A stretch of DNA of 64,000 nt, taken from Candidatus Latescibacterota bacterium. Its GTDB lineage: Bacteria > Latescibacterota > UBA2968 > GCA-2709665. The DNA is taken from NCBI GenBank assembly GCA_965237675.1, contig OZ250150.1, positions 3,776,001 to 3,840,000 on the forward strand. Reading direction: 5' to 3'. The position numbers were made by a program, and so were the translations under genes. The notes under the pieces are model-generated. The model was not told the DNA's origin. It searched no databases and saw only the letters and a program-made list of their open reading frames with translations. The stretch's first letter is position 1, and the number at the start of each line of letters is the position of its first letter. Shown here piece after piece: positions 21,440-32,258 of this stretch.

Positions 21440-21916
21440 TCACGAGAACTTCGCCTTCAGTCGATTTGCAACGGCAGGCGGCACAAAAGCCGTCACATCG
21501 CCGCCAAAACGGGCGATTTCTCTAACAAGGGTAGAATTGAGATACGCATAGTCCAGACTGGGCATCAGAAAGAGAACCTCCAATTGGGGTTCCATTTGCC
21601 GGTTGACAACCGCCATCGAGATTTCCAACTCATATTCGGTGGTGGTACGTAGACTGCGTACAACGGTGAAGACGCCGCTTTTCCTGACAAAGTCGACGAG
21701 CAACCCGCTGTACTGTTTGACTTCCACATTCGGGCAGTGAGATGAGACTTCCTGAATCATCTGGACGCGTTCTTCGGGTGAAAACACCGGATGTTTCTCG
21801 GGATTCAGACCTACGGCGACGATTAGCCGGCTGCAGATGTTGGCCGCTCGTTCGATCAAGTCCAGATGACCGTATGTCACCGGGTCGAAGGTGCCCGGAT
21901 AAATCGCCGCGGTCAT
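21440..21916 (-). CDS. coaD: Phosphopantetheine adenylyltransferase
   Basis: AIYPGTFDPVTYGHLDLIERA, STLVREIARFGGDV. Confidence 0.96.
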   Translation of the reverse strand: MTAAIYPGTFDPVTYGHLDLIERAANICSRLIVAVGLNPEKHPVFSPEERVQMIQEVSSHCPNVEVKQYSGLLVDFVRKSGVFTVVRSLRTTTEYELEISMAVVNRQMEPQLEVLFLMPSLDYAYLNSTLVREIARFGGDVTAFVPPAVANRLKAKFS

Positions 21917-22869
21917 ATTTGCTCCTTTGCGAGTTCCCTAAAGGCCAACCCACTTGCAATGCTGAACGTGGACTGGCTTCCCAGGAAACGCCGCTGTGAA
22001 TCCGGGAGGGTCTGTGTCGCGCAGTTCGAGAAGGGGTCCAGGGTTTCGAGTTGCGGCCCATTGGGAATCACAAGACGCTGGGCAACGGTCGCTATCCGGT
22101 GATCCTCGCCACAAATCAGAACCCGATGAAAGTCCGGTTTACTTGGGTTGGTGCGGCGGGATCCATGGAGCCAGCGACGAATTGTGGCGTCGGTTCGTTC
22201 CGCGTTCGAGTATTGATGCGGGCGATCCACCGGCAATCCGGAAACAACAATCGGGATCTCAAGGCTGGCGGCCTCGGCGGAAATCAGGATGTCGGACTCC
22301 ACAGCAACAAAATAGAGCCAGGGATGCCCAACCATGACGGCCGCAACCCGGGATCCAGCTCCGTTTTTCGCCAACAGACAGGCGTAATACAGGCCCAAGG
22401 GCTCGGCTTCCAGCCGGTACCCTCTCACGCCAAGTGGCGGAAATAAATCAGAACAGAATTCGAAAATTTCCTTGCGAATGGCGACCCAGAATGCTGTTCG
22501 CCCGGCAGCAAAGTAATCGACGATGTACCGTTCGCTGGGGTCCACCAGAGTCTGCGCTGCCTCCCAGGTCATGTGTTCCTTCCGGTCTTCGGTCGAAGCC
22601 AGTTCCAGCGGAGCTTTCTGTAGGTGGAAGAAACCACCTCCCAGAGACAGGACGATGGCGCCCGGTTCGCCGTGGATCTGCGCGAATGCCTGCTTGAGGC
22701 CCTCCGATAGGCATCGCCTGACCGGCAGTGGAACTGGCCACCTGGGAAGCATGGGCGAGGTCAGGCGGGTCTCGAAGAGGGCACACAGGCGGTATCCAGC
22801 CGAAGTCCGTTCCAGGCAGGCCAACCGGAGCACATCTCTGGCGATATGAATACCGGTTGCCCTGTTCAT
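21913..22869 (-). CDS. Divergent PilM/FtsA-like actin-fold protein
   Basis: N-terminal TGIHIARDVLRLACL (resembles PilM GIDIG..IK.VEL), MTWEAAQTL..YIVDY, LEAEPLGL, RVLICG, LDPF, FSIASGLAFRE (resembles A.GLALR). ATGA-coupled to comEA and coaD. Confidence 0.6.
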   Translation of the reverse strand: MNRATGIHIARDVLRLACLERTSAGYRLCALFETRLTSPMLPRWPVPLPVRRCLSEGLKQAFAQIHGEPGAIVLSLGGGFFHLQKAPLELASTEDRKEHMTWEAAQTLVDPSERYIVDYFAAGRTAFWVAIRKEIFEFCSDLFPPLGVRGYRLEAEPLGLYYACLLAKNGAGSRVAAVMVGHPWLYFVAVESDILISAEAASLEIPIVVSGLPVDRPHQYSNAERTDATIRRWLHGSRRTNPSKPDFHRVLICGEDHRIATVAQRLVIPNGPQLETLDPFSNCATQTLPDSQRRFLGSQSTFSIASGLAFRELAKEQI

Positions 22870-23252
22870 GGGGCGCTCACCGTAATCTTCGAACCCAGTC
22901 TTTCCAGTGTCTTTTTTCCAATTCCCTTTATCCGGGTCAATTCATCCACGGACTTAAAAGGGCCCCGGCTATTGCGGTCGTCCACAATTCGCCGGGCAAT
23001 TTTGGGCCCAATGCCTGGCAGGCGCATCAGTTGTCTGGCCGAGGCCCGGTTCAGATCGATGGGTCCCTTATCTTTCTCCACAATCTCGGATTTCCCCGGA
23101 CCGTCGGGTACCGGTACCGCGCCTTTTTGAACGTGAAAGTCCGGGAGGTCGCGGTCGCCGTACCTCTCAATCAGATTTACTGCCCCACCGACCAGCAAAG
23201 CAGCAGCCAGACCCAGCAACACAAACCGTTCTTTGGGATTGAAGGAAAACAT
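22866..23252 (-). CDS. comEA: ComEA-family helix-hairpin-helix DNA-binding protein
   Basis: N-terminal TM segment; IDLNRASARQLMRLPGIGPKIARRIVDDR..GPFKSVDELTRIKGIGKKT. Confidence 0.9.
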   Translation of the reverse strand: MFSFNPKERFVLLGLAAALLVGGAVNLIERYGDRDLPDFHVQKGAVPVPDGPGKSEIVEKDKGPIDLNRASARQLMRLPGIGPKIARRIVDDRNSRGPFKSVDELTRIKGIGKKTLERLGSKITVSAP

Positions 23253-23309
23253 ACGAACCCCGATTTTCGTCACAGAAAATGGTCGAGAACGAACGCCGGA
23301 TGGATGATT

Positions 23310-26300
23310 TCAGTTAAAGCGAATTTCTCCCCACACCTTGAATTCCCAGATTCTATTATTCAGGTCACGGAGTTTGTCCTTGCGACTCTCGTGCCGGAAT
23401 CGGGTACCCCCCGTGAATTTGCTGCTGAACTGATATTGACCCGCCAGGCTGGCGTTCCAGCGGTCATCGCTTTGGCGAACGACGGCCTGGATGGTGTCGG
23501 TGGCTTCCGCGCCCCGGGGAATTTCTTTTTTCAGGCTTGCGCTGGTGCCGTACTCAAGGGTGAGATCCAGGTTGCTTTGCATTCTATTGAAGAATTTCGA
23601 ACTTAGCGAATATCTGAGGGATGCGGTGAACTGAGACGTTTCGGTTATGGTCGTTCCAATCAGGCGCTCCTCCAGCGTCGGCTGTGTGACAGTGCTGTCG
23701 GTGGCCACGTTGCGCTGGTACCGAAGGTCGTTCTGTCTGCTGCGGTTCGTACGGAAATTCGTGTTCATTTTGTTCTTCCATCGGGCCTGCCATGCGATCA
23801 GGGGCCTGAGTTCCGTTCTCCGTATATCGCTGGTCAGAACGTTGTCATCCAGGCCGCCGTCGCCTCGGAAGATACGGTTTGACTTGTAATTAAAGCTTAG
23901 ATTCGAACTGGTGAACAGCCACCTCAAGACAGGAAGTTGCCCAAGACCCCGCCACTGGGCGGACAGATTGGGAAACTCGAGCTTCTGTTCTTCCGTATTG
24001 GCGTTGCCAAAACTTCTGGTATGGTTAAAGGTCAATCCGGTAGAGCCTTGAAAGCCGGCTGGCAGGCGCACACCGCTTTTGAGAGTGGCATTGTCCGTTA
24101 TATTTCTGGTGTTAACGCGTGTGACGCCGCCCGATCCGTAGCGCGGCGACATTGTGGTGTCGGTGAGGCCGAGTTGAAATTTAAACGCAGGGCGGCGTCT
24201 CAGACCAAAAAGATTGAACGCGCGATTGCGAAAGACGTTGGCCTGAACGGCGTCCAGTGCGCCGCCCAGTCTGCCGATCAGCCGGACGATCGAGAATCCG
24301 GTCTGACCTTGCTTTGGCCGCGCAAGCGGACGGAAAAGACCCGGCAGGTTCAGGCTGAATCGGGCGGCGACGCGGCTTTTGTTGCCCACGGTGAGACCCC
24401 TGCGTTCGTTCCCGATGGAAGTGCGCTTCCCCCCCGTTTCAAGCCGTTCACGATAGTGAGAGGAGTAGTCGGTGTTGATGTTGAGCAATTTGGAAACGCG
24501 TGGCGTGAAGTTGAAGCCTATTTCCTGATTTCGCGTGGTTTCGCGGCCGAACTGTAGCCTGGAGAAATCAAACGAGTTCCGGAGATCACGGTTCGCCGCC
24601 AGGGAATAGTTGGCGTTCAGGCTTCGAAACGGAGTCAGCTTTATAACGAAACTCTCGTTGACGTTGAAGGTTTCATTCAGTGCAGCGATGACGTCCGATG
24701 TGTCGCCTTCAACGGCGGAGAAGGAGCGTCTGTTAATGTGCTTCCGATCAAAACGCAGGTTGTAGCGAAGGGTTGACGGAAGGTAGAAGAAGCTGACGTC
24801 CTGAAAATAGGTACCCAGCCGCGGAACCCAATTCAGGATTTTCACTCCCTTCTGTTGCGGCCAGCTGACGTCATAGCTGAAGCTACCGTTGAAATTCTGA
24901 TCGTTGTTGGACCGGCGCCGTGTGATGGCACCGCTAACGGCATTGTTGGTCAGGAAGTTCAGAGACGCATTGATCCGGTCGAAAAAGAGCCGGGCGATCC
25001 AGCGCGGGTTCTGTGTCGCCCGACGCTTGCGAAGCGAGACATTGAACCTGGACGAAGCACGGACAGCGCTCTCCTTCGACTTTTGCTGATCGGTCAAGAC
25101 GATGTCAGAACCCTGTCGAATTCGAGGCACAGACCCGTTGCGGAGGTAGTTGAATCGCACCGGTATGACCGTGTTCCACTTGTCGGGCAGGAATTTATTC
25201 AGATTGAGCGAACTATTCAGGCTGATTTGTGTCGTCGAATTGCCCGTAGAGCGTCCCTGAAGATCCTGGAAGTCGCCGCTCCGGCGTTCCAGATTTAGGC
25301 TTGCGATGCCCAGGTCGGCCAACGTGGTCTGTACGTTCAGTAACATGGATACGGCATTTTTCTTTCGGATTCGATCGACTCGAAGTTCATCCAGCCAGAT
25401 CTCGTTTTCTCCCTCCAGGGGAAATTCCCCCCTGTTGCTGACGCCGATCACGAACGACTTGATTTTTGAAAGCGCTGGGTTGCCCCGCACGGTATATGTA
25501 GCGCCATCCAGGTCTGCGTGGATCTGATTGGATTCAATGTCAAAATCGGCTATAATTTCGCCTGCCGGCAGGGAAAGACGCAGTGTGTCGGACGCCTGGC
25601 CGGTAGCCTTCAGGTCCGTGAGTTTTCCTTTGATCTGCGACAGCACATCCAGTTCGATTTTCAATGTGTTGTTCTCTGGAGACCAGCCCCTGTAGATAGG
25701 TTTCCGGTACTCGTAAAAGTTGAGCGTATCTTCACCGATGGGCGAAAATCTCACGAAGAGTTCAATTGGACTGAAGCGTCCGGCCAAGGAATCGGGTTCA
25801 GCCGGAAAATTGTCCTCGTAAGTGGGTGAAGTGGGATTGCCACCGTGTACGAACATGGTCATCAGACCATATCGCGTATAGTTCTGCCCCTCCGTAAACG
25901 TCCGCGAAGCGGACAGGCTTTCGCCGGGAAAGAGGTCTTCGAACCGGAGAACCAGCGACCGTTCAAGGTGTTGCCTTCCGGTTTGGGGGTTGGTCTCCCG
26001 TTCAAGGCCCGGTGGAAGTTCATAAACCTGGTTGTCGGTACCTATGGTGGCCACCCTTAAGTCCCCCGATTGTTGTCCCTCAGGGGGTTTATCTTCGAGC
26101 CAGTCGCTTCCCACCGCGGCAATTGTGTAGATGTCGAGGGAGGTCGTATCGTCGTGTTCGATCCAGATTCGTGCAAAGTCAAACACACCTGCGAAGGTCG
26201 TGTCCGGATTGCCTTCGATGGTGCGTGGGGCATTGTTGCCACGTAATGGGATGCGTAACAGCCTCCACGGGCGGTCGGACGGATCCGACTGGCTGCCCAC

Positions 26301-29300
26301 CACGAGCACGGACGGTCCGTCGTACCCGCCGGTCATCCCATTCCAGCCCCGATCGGATGCCAGGTCGGCGCTATAGTGCAGGTAATGGTTCCGGGTGTCC
26401 AGGATGCCGTTCTGGTTCAGGTCTTCGGAATCCGGCCTCTGTTCCCGTTCGGGATTGTTATTCTGGGTGCCGTTTACACCCGACGGGTACCGGAAACGAA
26501 AGTTCTCCTGGTTGAGGTCCACGTCCTTGAAATTGTCATCAGACGGGTCGTCGGGGACGGTGACGCCGGGGAAGATAAGGCGGAAGACCGAATCTTCCTG
26601 AGCGTCGGTCAGACCGTCCAGGCCGATGTCTTCTTCCGGAATGGCCACGTCATCGCCCGTAGGAAAGCCGGGCAGTGGGCGGTCTTCCGTGCGAAACTGA
26701 CCGGTCGGCGGCGGATTCAACGTTGCGTCGTCAAGCAGCAGGTCGGTCTGTTCGGAAATTTCACCGAGGTCGATATGGAGCCGGCCTCTATTCCCCCTGA
26801 TCCACAGTTCGATAAACTTGGACCGTGAGAAGTCCATGCCGCGCAGGTAGCTCGTAACGCCCGCCCACGAGATCTCCGGGAGGCCACCGGCGGGGTTTCG
26901 TGAGGTTTCGGGAAAACCGTTGGACCGATGCGGTTCGAAACGGATACTGAGAACATCGTCGACGATGCTGCTTTCCACGGGAATATCGTCTCGCCCCGGC
27001 TGGATGTCGTAGATCGATATGCGGTCGCGATGCACCAGATTGTACCAAGTAAGGCGTCCCTTTGGCATCGAAAGCTGCAGGCCGTTCCGCATCGGGGAGC
27101 TGCCGGCGGACCAAGGGAATTTAAACGTAGAAAACGACTTCCTGCTTTCTGCGCCTTCGAAATCGTCAATGTACGCGACATTTTTCGTATTCGGGTTGGG
27201 CAGGCTCTGCGCGATTTCCATATCGACATTAAATGCCGAGGGCGCCTGGGTGGAGATAAACGGCAGCCTGTTGGCCAAGTCGGTTAGGGCCTGTGGCTTG
27301 AAACGGAACCTTCCATTCAGGTCCCAAATCAGGGTCCGGGCCGGCTCTTCGCCCACGCGAACCCGCTGATGACTGGCGCTCTCGCTTCCGTAAAGCAAGC
27401 TCATTCCCAGCATCGAAACGTTGTCCTTGAACGGATGTTCCGCGCGGATGCCAAGAAGGCTTTTTTGTCCGCCTCCAAAACCGAACTGGCTCTTGGATCC
27501 GTAGTTGATGACCAGGTTGGCGGAAGGGTCGGCCGCAAGGTCTGAAGCCTCACCGACCAACTCGATGGTGCCGAATTCATATTTGATGTTGTAGTCGCGC
27601 CCGCGAGTCAGCCGGCGGTTATTCAGCAGAACCTCCTCGCTGTTTTCAATCAGGCCAAAGCCCAGGTTGAATTTGGTGTCCCTGCTTTTCGATCGGATGC
27701 GCAGGTAATACTGTCCTTTCTGGGCACGTGTGGTGTTATTCGTGGTGTTGTAAATTTCTGGCACGCGGGCGTCGTCGGATAGCGCCTCCGCGCCGACACC
27801 GGGTTCACCAAAAGGCTCCAGATCGCGAAAAACCAGGTGGCCGGTGCGCAGATTGAGTCCGGGCAGGTTCGTGCCGCCGTCAATATCGATAAGGTTGTCG
27901 GGAGGTGAGGACTCCGAGGAGCCGTTGGTGTGTCTGTCCAGGTCGAAGATCTGGAGGTACGGCGTACCACGCTGGTTGTCCACCGCCTCCTGTCCGGAAA
28001 CATCTCTGAGGATCTCCAGTTCAAAGCCCTCCGGCTCGATGTCACGGCTTCCCATGTAGTACACATTGCGCCACGCGAGGTCCCACGATGGAAATTCCGG
28101 CCGTTGCTGACGGGCGTGAATGAGCTTTAGTCGAATCCTGGCATCCGGATTGGAGGGGTCCTGGATAAAATTCAGATCGCCGAAAACCCTACCGTCGGCC
28201 GTTCGGTAGGCGACTGCCAGGGTGTGACCTCGAGAGATTCGTCCCCTGGTCATAATCAGATATCCTCTGGCGTCGACCAGAAACTCGGAGCGGTCCAGTT
28301 CATGAAAGAATCCCTCTTCAATGCCCCCGTTCTGCACCCCCGTGACGCCGGCATCGGGTTCCGGTATAGGCCCGGCGGTCCAGAAGGCAAAGGCAACCCC
28401 TCGGCCGGCGCGTTGTTCGATGTCGTTGCGATCGTTGAAGTCGTTCAGGAAAACACGGACAGAGCTGATGTCCACGAGGTCGGCCCGGGTCGGTTCGTCC
28501 GGAAAGCTCTGGCGATACACACCGTCTAGAAAGAAGTAGAGATTCTCTTCGTAGGCATAGTCTCGAATTCTATTTGCGATTTCCTCTGCCTGCCCCTGGA
28601 ATGATTTCCGGTTGCTGGCGCCCTTATCGTGGCTGGTGACCACCGTCACGTCCAATCCGCCCAGGCGTCCGCGGCCTTTGATTCCGAACAGACCGCTCCG
28701 GTTGGATGAACTGAAGCCAACCAGACGCGTGCCAGGCAGGCTGAGGGAGGTTCTGCCCGCTTCAATCTCCTGAATGATGTCGTCTTCGTCTCCGTCGTAA
28801 CGAAATTGAAGCGACTCGCTGATATCGGTCTGACCGCGGCTGTTCTGTTGGAGGTTCAGCGTAATGCGGTCGCCGATGGAGCCCTGCACGTTTAATTGGG
28901 ATTGCTGTTCGAAATTGACGGTAAAACCCTCGGCTGTCCTTGCACGAACGGTCTGAGCCTGTCCGCCCACGGTGGTATTCACGCCGGACAGATCGATGCG
29001 CCGAGATCCGGTAATTTTAATATTCGTGTCGCCTTCGCCCGTGATAACACTGAGCGCTTTGGGCACGTTGACCGGTATCTTGATATCCAGCAGAGCGCTG
29101 CCCGCGCCCCGGCGAGGTCGTGCCGGCGGATTGAGTTTCTCTAAGGTCATGCGATAAAAATCGGCATCGAATTTGTACGCGGACAAGCGCTTTATCGTAA
29201 TGACGGCCGGTATGCCATGGACAACGTCGCCGATGGCTTGAAAAACCATCAGCGTGCCGGTATCGGTATCAAGAAGGCGGGTAACCGTCTGGGTGAACTG

Positions 29301-29534
29301 GCGACGTTGTCGGAAGAGGGGCTGATAGGCGGTGGAAAGAGAGTAGGTTAACTTGCTCGGAGGACGATTGAAGACGTGAGTGGGTGCCTTCCCGAGCGTA
29401 AGTTGAATACCCGGTTCCGCGCGGAGGGTGTCCGGATTGGCCAGAAGACACGTGCTGAAGATGCAAGCGAGGACTGTCGGTAGCGGGAGGGTCAATCCCT
29501 TTTGAGAATCTTTGGCGATGGATGGGGTTTGCAT
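23310..29534 (-). CDS. sprA: SprA/Sov-like giant outer-membrane beta-barrel (T9SS translocon homolog)
   Basis: About 2070 aa with a signal peptide. SprA-like motifs: Q.QLNVQGSIGDRI, YDGDEDDIIQEIEAG.TSLSLP, GLFGIK, WDL.WRNVY, LTRGRDY.I.Y..G, AYIDDFEG, LHIDLGEISE, PDSEDLNQNG.LD, IWLDELR. Terminal beta-strand EFKVWGEIRFN. Start uncertain (29534 or 29624). Confidence 0.85.
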   Translation of the reverse strand: MQTPSIAKDSQKGLTLPLPTVLACIFSTCLLANPDTLRAEPGIQLTLGKAPTHVFNRPPSKLTYSLSTAYQPLFRQRRQFTQTVTRLLDTDTGTLMVFQAIGDVVHGIPAVITIKRLSAYKFDADFYRMTLEKLNPPARPRRGAGSALLDIKIPVNVPKALSVITGEGDTNIKITGSRRIDLSGVNTTVGGQAQTVRARTAEGFTVNFEQQSQLNVQGSIGDRITLNLQQNSRGQTDISESLQFRYDGDEDDIIQEIEAGRTSLSLPGTRLVGFSSSNRSGLFGIKGRGRLGGLDVTVVTSHDKGASNRKSFQGQAEEIANRIRDYAYEENLYFFLDGVYRQSFPDEPTRADLVDISSVRVFLNDFNDRNDIEQRAGRGVAFAFWTAGPIPEPDAGVTGVQNGGIEEGFFHELDRSEFLVDARGYLIMTRGRISRGHTLAVAYRTADGRVFGDLNFIQDPSNPDARIRLKLIHARQQRPEFPSWDLAWRNVYYMGSRDIEPEGFELEILRDVSGQEAVDNQRGTPYLQIFDLDRHTNGSSESSPPDNLIDIDGGTNLPGLNLRTGHLVFRDLEPFGEPGVGAEALSDDARVPEIYNTTNNTTRAQKGQYYLRIRSKSRDTKFNLGFGLIENSEEVLLNNRRLTRGRDYNIKYEFGTIELVGEASDLAADPSANLVINYGSKSQFGFGGGQKSLLGIRAEHPFKDNVSMLGMSLLYGSESASHQRVRVGEEPARTLIWDLNGRFRFKPQALTDLANRLPFISTQAPSAFNVDMEIAQSLPNPNTKNVAYIDDFEGAESRKSFSTFKFPWSAGSSPMRNGLQLSMPKGRLTWYNLVHRDRISIYDIQPGRDDIPVESSIVDDVLSIRFEPHRSNGFPETSRNPAGGLPEISWAGVTSYLRGMDFSRSKFIELWIRGNRGRLHIDLGEISEQTDLLLDDATLNPPPTGQFRTEDRPLPGFPTGDDVAIPEEDIGLDGLTDAQEDSVFRLIFPGVTVPDDPSDDNFKDVDLNQENFRFRYPSGVNGTQNNNPEREQRPDSEDLNQNGILDTRNHYLHYSADLASDRGWNGMTGGYDGPSVLVVGSQSDPSDRPWRLLRIPLRGNNAPRTIEGNPDTTFAGVFDFARIWIEHDDTTSLDIYTIAAVGSDWLEDKPPEGQQSGDLRVATIGTDNQVYELPPGLERETNPQTGRQHLERSLVLRFEDLFPGESLSASRTFTEGQNYTRYGLMTMFVHGGNPTSPTYEDNFPAEPDSLAGRFSPIELFVRFSPIGEDTLNFYEYRKPIYRGWSPENNTLKIELDVLSQIKGKLTDLKATGQASDTLRLSLPAGEIIADFDIESNQIHADLDGATYTVRGNPALSKIKSFVIGVSNRGEFPLEGENEIWLDELRVDRIRKKNAVSMLLNVQTTLADLGIASLNLERRSGDFQDLQGRSTGNSTTQISLNSSLNLNKFLPDKWNTVIPVRFNYLRNGSVPRIRQGSDIVLTDQQKSKESAVRASSRFNVSLRKRRATQNPRWIARLFFDRINASLNFLTNNAVSGAITRRRSNNDQNFNGSFSYDVSWPQQKGVKILNWVPRLGTYFQDVSFFYLPSTLRYNLRFDRKHINRRSFSAVEGDTSDVIAALNETFNVNESFVIKLTPFRSLNANYSLAANRDLRNSFDFSRLQFGRETTRNQEIGFNFTPRVSKLLNINTDYSSHYRERLETGGKRTSIGNERRGLTVGNKSRVAARFSLNLPGLFRPLARPKQGQTGFSIVRLIGRLGGALDAVQANVFRNRAFNLFGLRRRPAFKFQLGLTDTTMSPRYGSGGVTRVNTRNITDNATLKSGVRLPAGFQGSTGLTFNHTRSFGNANTEEQKLEFPNLSAQWRGLGQLPVLRWLFTSSNLSFNYKSNRIFRGDGGLDDNVLTSDIRRTELRPLIAWQARWKNKMNTNFRTNRSRQNDLRYQRNVATDSTVTQPTLEERLIGTTITETSQFTASLRYSLSSKFFNRMQSNLDLTLEYGTSASLKKEIPRGAEATDTIQAVVRQSDDRWNASLAGQYQFSSKFTGGTRFRHESRKDKLRDLNNRIWEFKVWGEIRFN

Positions 29535-29819
29535 GCGTGATTTGGAATGACTGGTTCGGAGACGGGTCCACGCGTAGAGATTAAGAGTTAGAATAATAAT
29601 ACCGAACCATGTGTTAAAGATCAAGGGAAAACCCGAACCGGATGATCCATATATAAGAGACTCAGAAACAGTGAGTTAGGAATAAGAATCGGCATCCCGA
29701 ATCTTGTAATCGTTAGAGAAAGGGCTTCCGCCGAAAAAAAAATCGCGTATATTCTGGCCGCATTCCGATGTCTGGATCTTTAACTCTTTTGAAGACACAC
29801 GGTTCCTCGGAGACTTGGC

Positions 29820-31118
29820 ATGGTGCTTTCCAAGTATGTTCTCAGGGAGCATGTCGTGCCATTTGTGTTTGGCTTCTCGGTAATTATGTTTCTGCTGGTG
29901 GTTGACCTGATTCTGCAGAAGATGGATTTGATGTTGGGTAAGGGAATTGCACCGGGGGTTGTTCTGGAGTTGTTTCTGTTGAATACCGCCTGGATGATTG
30001 CTCTGGCAGTACCAATGGCGGTGCTTGTCGCCACTCTGATGGCTTTCGGACGCCTGAGCGCCGACGGTGAAATTTCTGCGATGCAGGCACTGGGAGTCGG
30101 GATCTTCCGCGTGATCTGGCCAGTATTGCTGGCTGGCGCCTCCCTCGCCCTCGGGCTGGTGATCTTCAATGACCGGGTGCTGCCGGAATTCAATTACCGG
30201 GCCCGGTTGCTGATGGGTGACATCCAGCGGAAGCGTCCCGCTGTCGCCCTCGAGGACCGGAGCGGTGTCTTTATTCAGGATTTCGCCAACTACAGGATTC
30301 TGATAGGCGATATCGACAGGCGGACCTCAATTCTCAAGGATGTCCTGATTTACAAGTTCGAGCCAGGGGGATATCCGGTATCCATCACCGCCGAAACGGG
30401 CCGGATTCGAATTGTTCGGGAGAGTGACGAAGCGCTGGTGACGCTGGAGAATGGAGAGTGGCATCGCGTGGACAGGGTCGATCCGGACGTCTACGTAAGA
30501 GCCCGTTTCAAAAAAAAGAACCTCCGGCTCGGAGAGGCCGGACGGCAGCTGATCCGCACGTTGTCACACTACCGGACCGACAGAGAGATGGGACTGGGTG
30601 CGATGATGGACCGGGTGAATGATTACCAGCGAGAAGCGGCTGCCCTGAAGGCCGACACCGCCGACAGGGCAGGCGCCGCATTCAGACGCCTGCTTTTCGA
30701 ACCGGACATCGAGCGCCTCCCCTTGCGTATGATCGCGGATCTGGCCATGCAATTTCGAACTGACGCAGCCATTCGACATCACAAACTCCGGCAGGCGGAT
30801 CGGTACCTGGTTGAGATCCATAAAAAGCTGTCAATTCCTGTTGCATGTATTGTGTTCATTTTGATTGGCGCGCCGCTCGGCATCCGGGTGCGCGGGCGCA
30901 GCCCCGCTGTCGGCGCCGGAATCAGCATTGGGTTCTTTCTTCTGTGGTGGCTCTGTCTGATCAGCGGGGAAACGCTGGCCGATCGAGGATACCTGCCACC
31001 GTGGGTTGCGATGTGGAGCCCCAATTTCATCGTTCTCTTGTGCGGCTCGTGGCTTGTATTAGGCACCCTGCTCGAATGGCGTTTCGGTCTGAGGAGGCGG
31101 AAACCGTGCGTATCCTGA
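29820..31118 (+). CDS. lptF: LPS export permease LptF-like (YjgP/YjgQ family)
   Basis: LAVPMAVLVATLMAFGRLSADGEISAMQALG, VEIHKKLSIP..C, AMWSPN. Confidence 0.88.
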   Translation: MVLSKYVLREHVVPFVFGFSVIMFLLVVDLILQKMDLMLGKGIAPGVVLELFLLNTAWMIALAVPMAVLVATLMAFGRLSADGEISAMQALGVGIFRVIWPVLLAGASLALGLVIFNDRVLPEFNYRARLLMGDIQRKRPAVALEDRSGVFIQDFANYRILIGDIDRRTSILKDVLIYKFEPGGYPVSITAETGRIRIVRESDEALVTLENGEWHRVDRVDPDVYVRARFKKKNLRLGEAGRQLIRTLSHYRTDREMGLGAMMDRVNDYQREAAALKADTADRAGAAFRRLLFEPDIERLPLRMIADLAMQFRTDAAIRHHKLRQADRYLVEIHKKLSIPVACIVFILIGAPLGIRVRGRSPAVGAGISIGFFLLWWLCLISGETLADRGYLPPWVAMWSPNFIVLLCGSWLVLGTLLEWRFGLRRRKPCVS

Positions 31119-32176
31119 GCCGGTACGTACAGAATCAGTTTTTCGTATTCATGGCGCTGTGTTTTTCAGGGTTTTTGGCCGTTTTCGTCGTTGTGGACCT
31201 GGCCGGCCGACTCAGCGGCTTTATAGACAGGGGGGTGAGTGGCGGCACCCTTGCCTTGTATTACACGCTCTCAATTCCTTATATGGGTATTCTCATTCTT
31301 CCCATGGCGACGTTGCTGGCCAGTCTCTTCTGTTTTGGCAACCTTGCCCGTTTCGGCGAGCTGTCCGCAATGAAGTCCGCGGGTATTTCGCTGTATCGTA
31401 TTGCCGCACCCGTTCTGGCAGCAGCTCTCCTGGTCTGTGCGGCATCCTTCTTCCTGACCGACCGGGTGATGCCGGGCGCAAATCGGAAGCGTACGGCCAT
31501 TATTCGGGGCAATCGTCAGGCCGTCTTCACGCCCGTTTTGTTGCAGGTTGTCCTGCAGGACGTCGACGGGCAAATCCTCTCGGTGGGTACCTACTTCCGC
31601 AATGAAGCGCGTGGAACGAAGGTGACACTGGACCGGTTTGAGGGAATGCGTCTGGTCAAAAAGTTGCGCGCCGAGGAGATGGTGTGGCAAACCGAGGGAT
31701 GGACGTTTCGCAGGGGCGAAGTGCGGCGGTTTTCTCCAGAAGGAGAAGAACGCGTGGTCAAGTTCAGGGCGATGCCTGGTCGCGGGATCACACTGAGGCC
31801 CGAAGATCTGGGCCGGGACGTTCGCTCGGCGGATGAGCTGAGTTTTTCCGAATTGACCGCGCTTATCCTGCGGAGGCGGCGAATGGGGGAGGACGTTGTT
31901 CGAGTGCAGGTCGCGCGTTACATGCGACTCTCATTTCCGTTTACCGGGTTCGTGATGGTGTTGTTCGGCATCTCCCTTTCGTCCCGAACCCAACACGCTG
32001 GCAAGCCCCTTCTGGTGGGAATCTGTTTGTTGATCTCGTTTGTGTATTATGGGTGTATTCAGGCAGGGCGGGTGATGGGCTGGAATGGCATTCTGCCACC
32101 GTTTTGGAGTTGCTGGGCGGCCAATCTCCTTTTCCTGAGTCTGGGCGTCGGCCTGCTGGCCCGAACCCGGAGGTAG
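31106..32176 (+). CDS. lptG: LPS export permease LptG-like (YjgP/YjgQ family)
   Basis: GTG 31106 start MRILSRYV; LPMATLLASLF..GELSAMKSAGISLYRI, RLSFPF, WAANLLF. Confidence 0.88.
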   Translation: MRILSRYVQNQFFVFMALCFSGFLAVFVVVDLAGRLSGFIDRGVSGGTLALYYTLSIPYMGILILPMATLLASLFCFGNLARFGELSAMKSAGISLYRIAAPVLAAALLVCAASFFLTDRVMPGANRKRTAIIRGNRQAVFTPVLLQVVLQDVDGQILSVGTYFRNEARGTKVTLDRFEGMRLVKKLRAEEMVWQTEGWTFRRGEVRRFSPEGEERVVKFRAMPGRGITLRPEDLGRDVRSADELSFSELTALILRRRRMGEDVVRVQVARYMRLSFPFTGFVMVLFGISLSSRTQHAGKPLLVGICLLISFVYYGCIQAGRVMGWNGILPPFWSCWAANLLFLSLGVGLLARTRR

Positions 32177-32208
32177 AGGATTCAAGCCACCGGGCGCACA
32201 AAAACGAA

Positions 32209-32229
32209 AGGCGCATTGTCGATGCGCCT
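32209..32229. terminator. Small hairpin between convergent lptG and M23 genes
   Basis: AGGCGCAT-TGTCG-ATGCGCCT. Confidence 0.45.
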
Positions 32230-32258
32230 ATTTACATGATTATGACGAAGACCATCCA

